NCBI GenBank assembly: GCA_964615285.1
Contig: CAZTND010000004.1
Coordinates: 1,233 to 50,539, forward strand
Direction of reading: 5' to 3'
Length of the DNA: 49,307 nt
Source of the DNA: an uncultured Clostridia bacterium
GTDB lineage: Bacteria > Bacillota > Clostridia > Christensenellales > Borkfalkiaceae
The first letter of the stretch is position 1. Every line of letters starts with the position of its first letter. The notes under the pieces were generated by a model. The model saw only the letters and a program-made list of their open reading frames with translations. It was not told the DNA's origin and did no database searches. Shown here piece by piece: positions 45,613 to 49,307 of the stretch. The translations under genes and the position numbers were made by a program.

Positions 45613-48174
45613 ATGGAAAAATTAGTGCTCATCGACGGAAACAGCTTGTTGAACCGGGCGTACTTTGCTACGCCGCATTTCACGACTAAGGAAGGGCAGC
45701 CGACCAACGGGGTATTCGGGTTCATTAAATTGTTCTTGAAGATCCTGGGCGACATGCATCCGGAATATGCGGTCGTGGCGTTCGACCTGCGCGCGCCCAC
45801 GTTCCGCCACAAGATGTATGACGGCTATAAGGCGACCCGCAAGCCGATGCCCGAAGAACTTGCCGTGCAGCTGCCCGTGCTCAAAGAGTGCCTTTCGTTG
45901 ATGAATATAAAGATGTGCGAAAAGGGGGGGTATGAGGCGGACGACATCGTCGGGACTCTGTCCCGCAAATTTCCCGTGCAGAGCTTTATCTATACGGGCG
46001 ACCGGGATTCCTATCAGCTCGTCAACGAGCATACGTCCGTCTGTTACACCCGCAAGGGGGTGTCCGATCTGCTCCTTTTGAACAATGAAAATTTTCGGGA
46101 GATAACGGGCCTGCGGCCGGAGCAGATCATCGATCTGAAATCCCTGATGGGCGATTCATCGGACAATATCCCCGGCGTTCCGGGGATCGGCGAAAAAATG
46201 GCGATGAAACTTTTGGGGGAATACGACAACCTGCAGAATATTTACGACCACTTGGATTCCATCAAGGGGGCGGTGCATGAAAAGTTAGCGGCCAACCGCG
46301 ATTCGGCGTTCCTTTCGGCGCAACTTGCGACCATCGATACCCGGGTGCCCTTGGAGGTGGAACTCGAAGAATGCCGCGTAAAGATACCCTTCCCCGTTGC
46401 GCTCCGCCGCAAGTTTGCCTCCCTGGAATTCCGCATTCTCTACGGCGATGAGAGCCTGTATGAGAAGGAGGGCGGGGCGGAAGATTCCGGCAGCGCGCCG
46501 GCGCATCCGCCCGTTTCAGTGCAGTCCGTGCGTTCTTTTGCGGAGGTGCGGGAGGTTTTGGAGAACGAGCATGCGTTTTCCGTCGTATGGGGAGAAAAGC
46601 GCCGTATCTTCTCGGGCGGCGTGGAGTATGACCTGGCCGAAACGGTCGATCTCCTTTCGGGCGGGATCGATGAAACGGAAGTGCGGAAGATCTTGCGCGC
46701 CGTATTCGGCAAGAGGGAAAACACGGTCGTGCTGTACGGCGCGAAAGATATGATGCACGTTCTGGAGAGGTCGGAGGTCTCTTTTGAGGCGGCATTCGAA
46801 GACGTCTCTTTGCTGAAATACCTGACCGATTACTCGGGGCGGGAAGAGGCGTTGGCGTTTGTGCTGGACGCCTACGGGCTGCCGGGGGAAAGCATTGCGG
46901 CCTCCCTCCAACGGCTCTATGAAATACTGCGCCAAAAAGCCGAGGAAGCGGGGCTTCTTGACCTCTATTTCCGCATAGAAAAGCCTCTTTGCAGAGTACT
47001 ATGCGACATGGAAAACGCGGGGGTCTGCGTGGATTCCTCTTATCTCAACCGTCTGGGCAGGGAGTATGCCGCGCGGCTGGAAACCGTTGCCCGCCGCATC
47101 CACGAATTGGCGGGGGACGATACTTTCAACATCAATTCCGCCAAGCAGCTCGGCAACATTTTGTTTGAAAAACTCGGCATCCGCGGGGGCAAAAAGAGCA
47201 AGAACGGTTCCTATTCTTCCAGCGTGGATGTGTTGGAAAAACTTGCGCCCGACCATGAGATCGTGCGAGAGATCCTGGAATACAGAAAGATACAGAAACT
47301 CAATTCGACGTACGTCGAAGGGTTGCGCAGCTGCATCAAAGAGGGGCGCGTGCACACGACGTATACGCAGAGCGTGACCGCTACGGGGCGGCTGTCCAGC
47401 AAGAATCCCAATTTGCAGAACATTCCCATCCGCACCGAGGAGGGGCGGGAGATCCGCAAGCTGTTCGTGGCGAGCGAGGGGCGCGTGCTTCTGGATGCCG
47501 ACTATTCGCAGATAGAACTGCGGCTGCTGGCGCACATGTCCGGCTGTCCGGAGCTCATTGCGGCCTACCGTGCGGGCAAGGACATCCACAGGGACACGGC
47601 ATCGAAAGTATACGGCGTGCCGGAAGAGGCCGTGACGCCCGCCATGCGCCGCGCCGCTAAGGCGGTCAATTTCGGCATCATTTACGGGGAGAGCGCGTTC
47701 GGGCTGGCGCAGAGTCTGGGCATTTCCTCCGCGCAGGCAGCGGAGTTCATCCAGCGCTATTTCAATGCCTATCCGGCCGTCAAGGAATATTTGAACGGTA
47801 CGGTGGAATTTGCCAAAGCCAACGGCTATGTGACGACCATTTTCGGTCGCAAGCGGGAGATCCCCGAACTGAAGTCCCCCAATTACAACCTGCGGCAGTT
47901 CGGCGAGCGCGCGGCAATGAACATGCCGTTGCAGGGATCCAGCGCGGACATCATCAAGATCGCCATGATCGCCGTCTGGCAGGAACTGAAAAAGAGAAAA
48001 ATGCGCTCCGAACTCATCTTGCAGGTGCACGACGAACTGGTGATCGACGCGGTGGAAGAGGAGGCCGCGGAGGCCTCGGAAATACTCAAGACCTGTATGG
48101 AGGGCGCGGCAAGCCTCTCCGTGCCGCTGACGGTGGAAGTCGCAAGCGGCAGGAGCTGGTTCGACGCCAAGTGA
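45613..48174 (+). CDS. polA: DNA polymerase I
   Basis: 853 aa. 5' nuclease domain (LIDGNSLLNRAYFA, GDSSDNIPGVPGIGEK). Polymerase motifs A (LLDADYSQIELRLLAH), B (RRAAKAVNFGIIYG) and C (LQVHDELV). The central 3'-5' exo-like region lacks an obvious DxE ExoI motif, as in Bst/Taq-type enzymes. Confidence 0.95.
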   Translation: MEKLVLIDGNSLLNRAYFATPHFTTKEGQPTNGVFGFIKLFLKILGDMHPEYAVVAFDLRAPTFRHKMYDGYKATRKPMPEELAVQLPVLKECLSLMNIKMCEKGGYEADDIVGTLSRKFPVQSFIYTGDRDSYQLVNEHTSVCYTRKGVSDLLLLNNENFREITGLRPEQIIDLKSLMGDSSDNIPGVPGIGEKMAMKLLGEYDNLQNIYDHLDSIKGAVHEKLAANRDSAFLSAQLATIDTRVPLEVELEECRVKIPFPVALRRKFASLEFRILYGDESLYEKEGGAEDSGSAPAHPPVSVQSVRSFAEVREVLENEHAFSVVWGEKRRIFSGGVEYDLAETVDLLSGGIDETEVRKILRAVFGKRENTVVLYGAKDMMHVLERSEVSFEAAFEDVSLLKYLTDYSGREEALAFVLDAYGLPGESIAASLQRLYEILRQKAEEAGLLDLYFRIEKPLCRVLCDMENAGVCVDSSYLNRLGREYAARLETVARRIHELAGDDTFNINSAKQLGNILFEKLGIRGGKKSKNGSYSSSVDVLEKLAPDHEIVREILEYRKIQKLNSTYVEGLRSCIKEGRVHTTYTQSVTATGRLSSKNPNLQNIPIRTEEGREIRKLFVASEGRVLLDADYSQIELRLLAHMSGCPELIAAYRAGKDIHRDTASKVYGVPEEAVTPAMRRAAKAVNFGIIYGESAFGLAQSLGISSAQAAEFIQRYFNAYPAVKEYLNGTVEFAKANGYVTTIFGRKREIPELKSPNYNLRQFGERAAMNMPLQGSSADIIKIAMIAVWQELKKRKMRSELILQVHDELVIDAVEEEAAEASEILKTCMEGAASLSVPLTVEVASGRSWFDAK

Positions 48175-48205
48175 GAGGACGAGACGGCCAAGGAGAGGGA
48201 AAAAC

Positions 48206-48838
48206 ATGACGCCGACGGAAGAAAAAGGCGGAAATCGCCCGATTTCCGCCCCCGCAAATGGAAAAAATCGGATAAAGATCGCCGTGACGGGCGGCATCGG
48301 CAGCGGCAAATCCGCCGTCTGCACCATTCTGCGCGAGATGGGATACCCCGTCTTTTCCTGTGATGAGATCTACGGGGAACTGCAGACCGACCCCGCCTAT
48401 CTTGCCGCGTTGGAAGAACTCTTTCCGGGCGTGACGCGGGGCGGCAGGCTGCAGAAAGAAAAGCTATCCGCCCTCGTGTTTCGCGACCAGGCGGCGTTGG
48501 AAAAACTCAATGCGCTGGCCCATCCCGCGATCATGCGGCGGCTGTACGCGCAGATGGAGGCGCATCCCGTCTCCTTTGCGGAAGTGCCCCTTCTCTTTGA
48601 AAGCGGCAGGCAGGCGGATTTCGACGCCGTCATCATCGTCTGCCGCGCCCTGCGCGTGCGGATCGACGCCGTGCGTGCAAGGGACGGACTGTCCGAAGAG
48701 CAGGTGCTTTTGCGCATAAAAAATCAGACGGATTACGAAAAAAGGGAAAAAGAAGGGCATACTTTAATATATAACGACGGGGATATGGCGTCCCTGCGGA
48801 AAAAGGTGGCTCTGGCGGTTGAAAAAATTCTTGATTAG
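48206..48838 (+). CDS. coaE: dephospho-CoA kinase
   Basis: 210 aa. P-loop VTGGIGSGKSAV. AGGAGAGGG RBS. About 20-aa N-terminal extension relative to typical CoaE. Confidence 0.85.
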   Translation: MTPTEEKGGNRPISAPANGKNRIKIAVTGGIGSGKSAVCTILREMGYPVFSCDEIYGELQTDPAYLAALEELFPGVTRGGRLQKEKLSALVFRDQAALEKLNALAHPAIMRRLYAQMEAHPVSFAEVPLLFESGRQADFDAVIIVCRALRVRIDAVRARDGLSEEQVLLRIKNQTDYEKREKEGHTLIYNDGDMASLRKKVALAVEKILD

Positions 48839-49307
48839 CATAGCGGCGGCGGTAGCCCTGCTGCTTGTCCTCTGTACGGCCGGCGGCGTGGCTCTGCGCT
48901 GCGCATATCCCGCGACATACAGGGAAAACGTGCTTGAATATTACGGCGACTGGCGGCTGGTGCATTCACTCATCAAGGCGGAGAGCAGCTTTCGCGCGGA
49001 CGCCGTGAGCGAGGCGGGAGCTTGCGGTCTCATGCAGGTTTTGCCCTCCACGGCGGCGTTTGTCGCCCGCAAAAACGGGATAGGGAGTTATGATCTCGGC
49101 GACGCGGCGGACAACATCCGCATCGGGTGTCTGTATCTGGTCTATCTCGAAGAGCGGTTTTCCGATCTGAACACCGTTTTGGCGGCGTATAACGCGGGGG
49201 AAGGGACGGTACGGCAGTGGCTGGACGATCCCGCGCTTTCCGCCGACGGCGTGCGCCTTACGGAAATTCCGTATGCGGAAACGGCGAAATACGTGGAAAA
49301 AATACAA
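48819..49307 (+). CDS. lytic transglycosylase (SLT domain), 3'-truncated by the window end
   Basis: Not in the ORF track, because the frame has no stop in the window. TTG 48819 (AAGGTGG 9 nt upstream) opens (M)KKFLISIAAAVALLLV (a TM/signal anchor). This is followed by the SLT motifs LIKAESSFRADAVSEAGACGLMQV and AAYNAGEG. Confidence 0.75.
   Translation, partial: MKKFLISIAAAVALLLVLCTAGGVALRCAYPATYRENVLEYYGDWRLVHSLIKAESSFRADAVSEAGACGLMQVLPSTAAFVARKNGIGSYDLGDAADNIRIGCLYLVYLEERFSDLNTVLAAYNAGEGTVRQWLDDPALSADGVRLTEIPYAETAKYVEKIQ

Overview
GC-rich (about 60% by eye) chromosomal segment whose gene content and order look like Firmicutes/Clostridia, probably a gut anaerobe (inference). I call about 40 protein genes, nearly all housekeeping or catabolic. 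I found no rRNA, tRNA, CRISPR array, transposase, integrase, phage gene or recognisable defence gene, so I see no evidence for a novel multi-gene system. Gene blocks, in order: (1) ade, a disrupted rtcB, rdgB, a YfcE-type phosphoesterase and a DUF1349 gene. (2) A divergent pair: a giant membrane-anchored PadR-like protein and an acyl-ACP thioesterase, followed by a flavin reductase. (3) An arginine operon, argG-argC-argJ-argB-argD-argF-carA-carB, behind a consensus promoter. (4) Cysteine desulfurase and thiI. (5) A class A PBP on the minus strand. (6) miaB-mutS-mutL-miaA and a YnbB-like PLP enzyme, then a GNAT gene. (7) A complete glucuronide/glucuronate locus: AraC regulator, uxuA, uxuB, uxaC, eda, kdgK, a GPH transporter and a GH2 beta-glucuronidase. 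(8) polA, coaE and a partial lytic transglycosylase. Most unusual observations: (a) carB runs in frame into a DapF-like domain whose first catalytic cysteine is glycine. (b) An 886-aa PadR-domain protein has long acidic and proline-rich disordered regions and four C-terminal TM helices. (c) A 21-bp AT-rich perfect-type palindrome, GTATTATGTC-A-GACATAATAC, occurs at least four times; two copies bracket the thioesterase gene. (d) rtcB carries an internal deletion plus a frameshift. (e) An Arg-rich 27-codon uORF in the argG leader ends inside the argG SD. (f) Two promoters have -10 + 6 nt + ATG geometry, suggesting leaderless mRNAs. The long antisense ORFs in the track are judged to be GC-bias artefacts.
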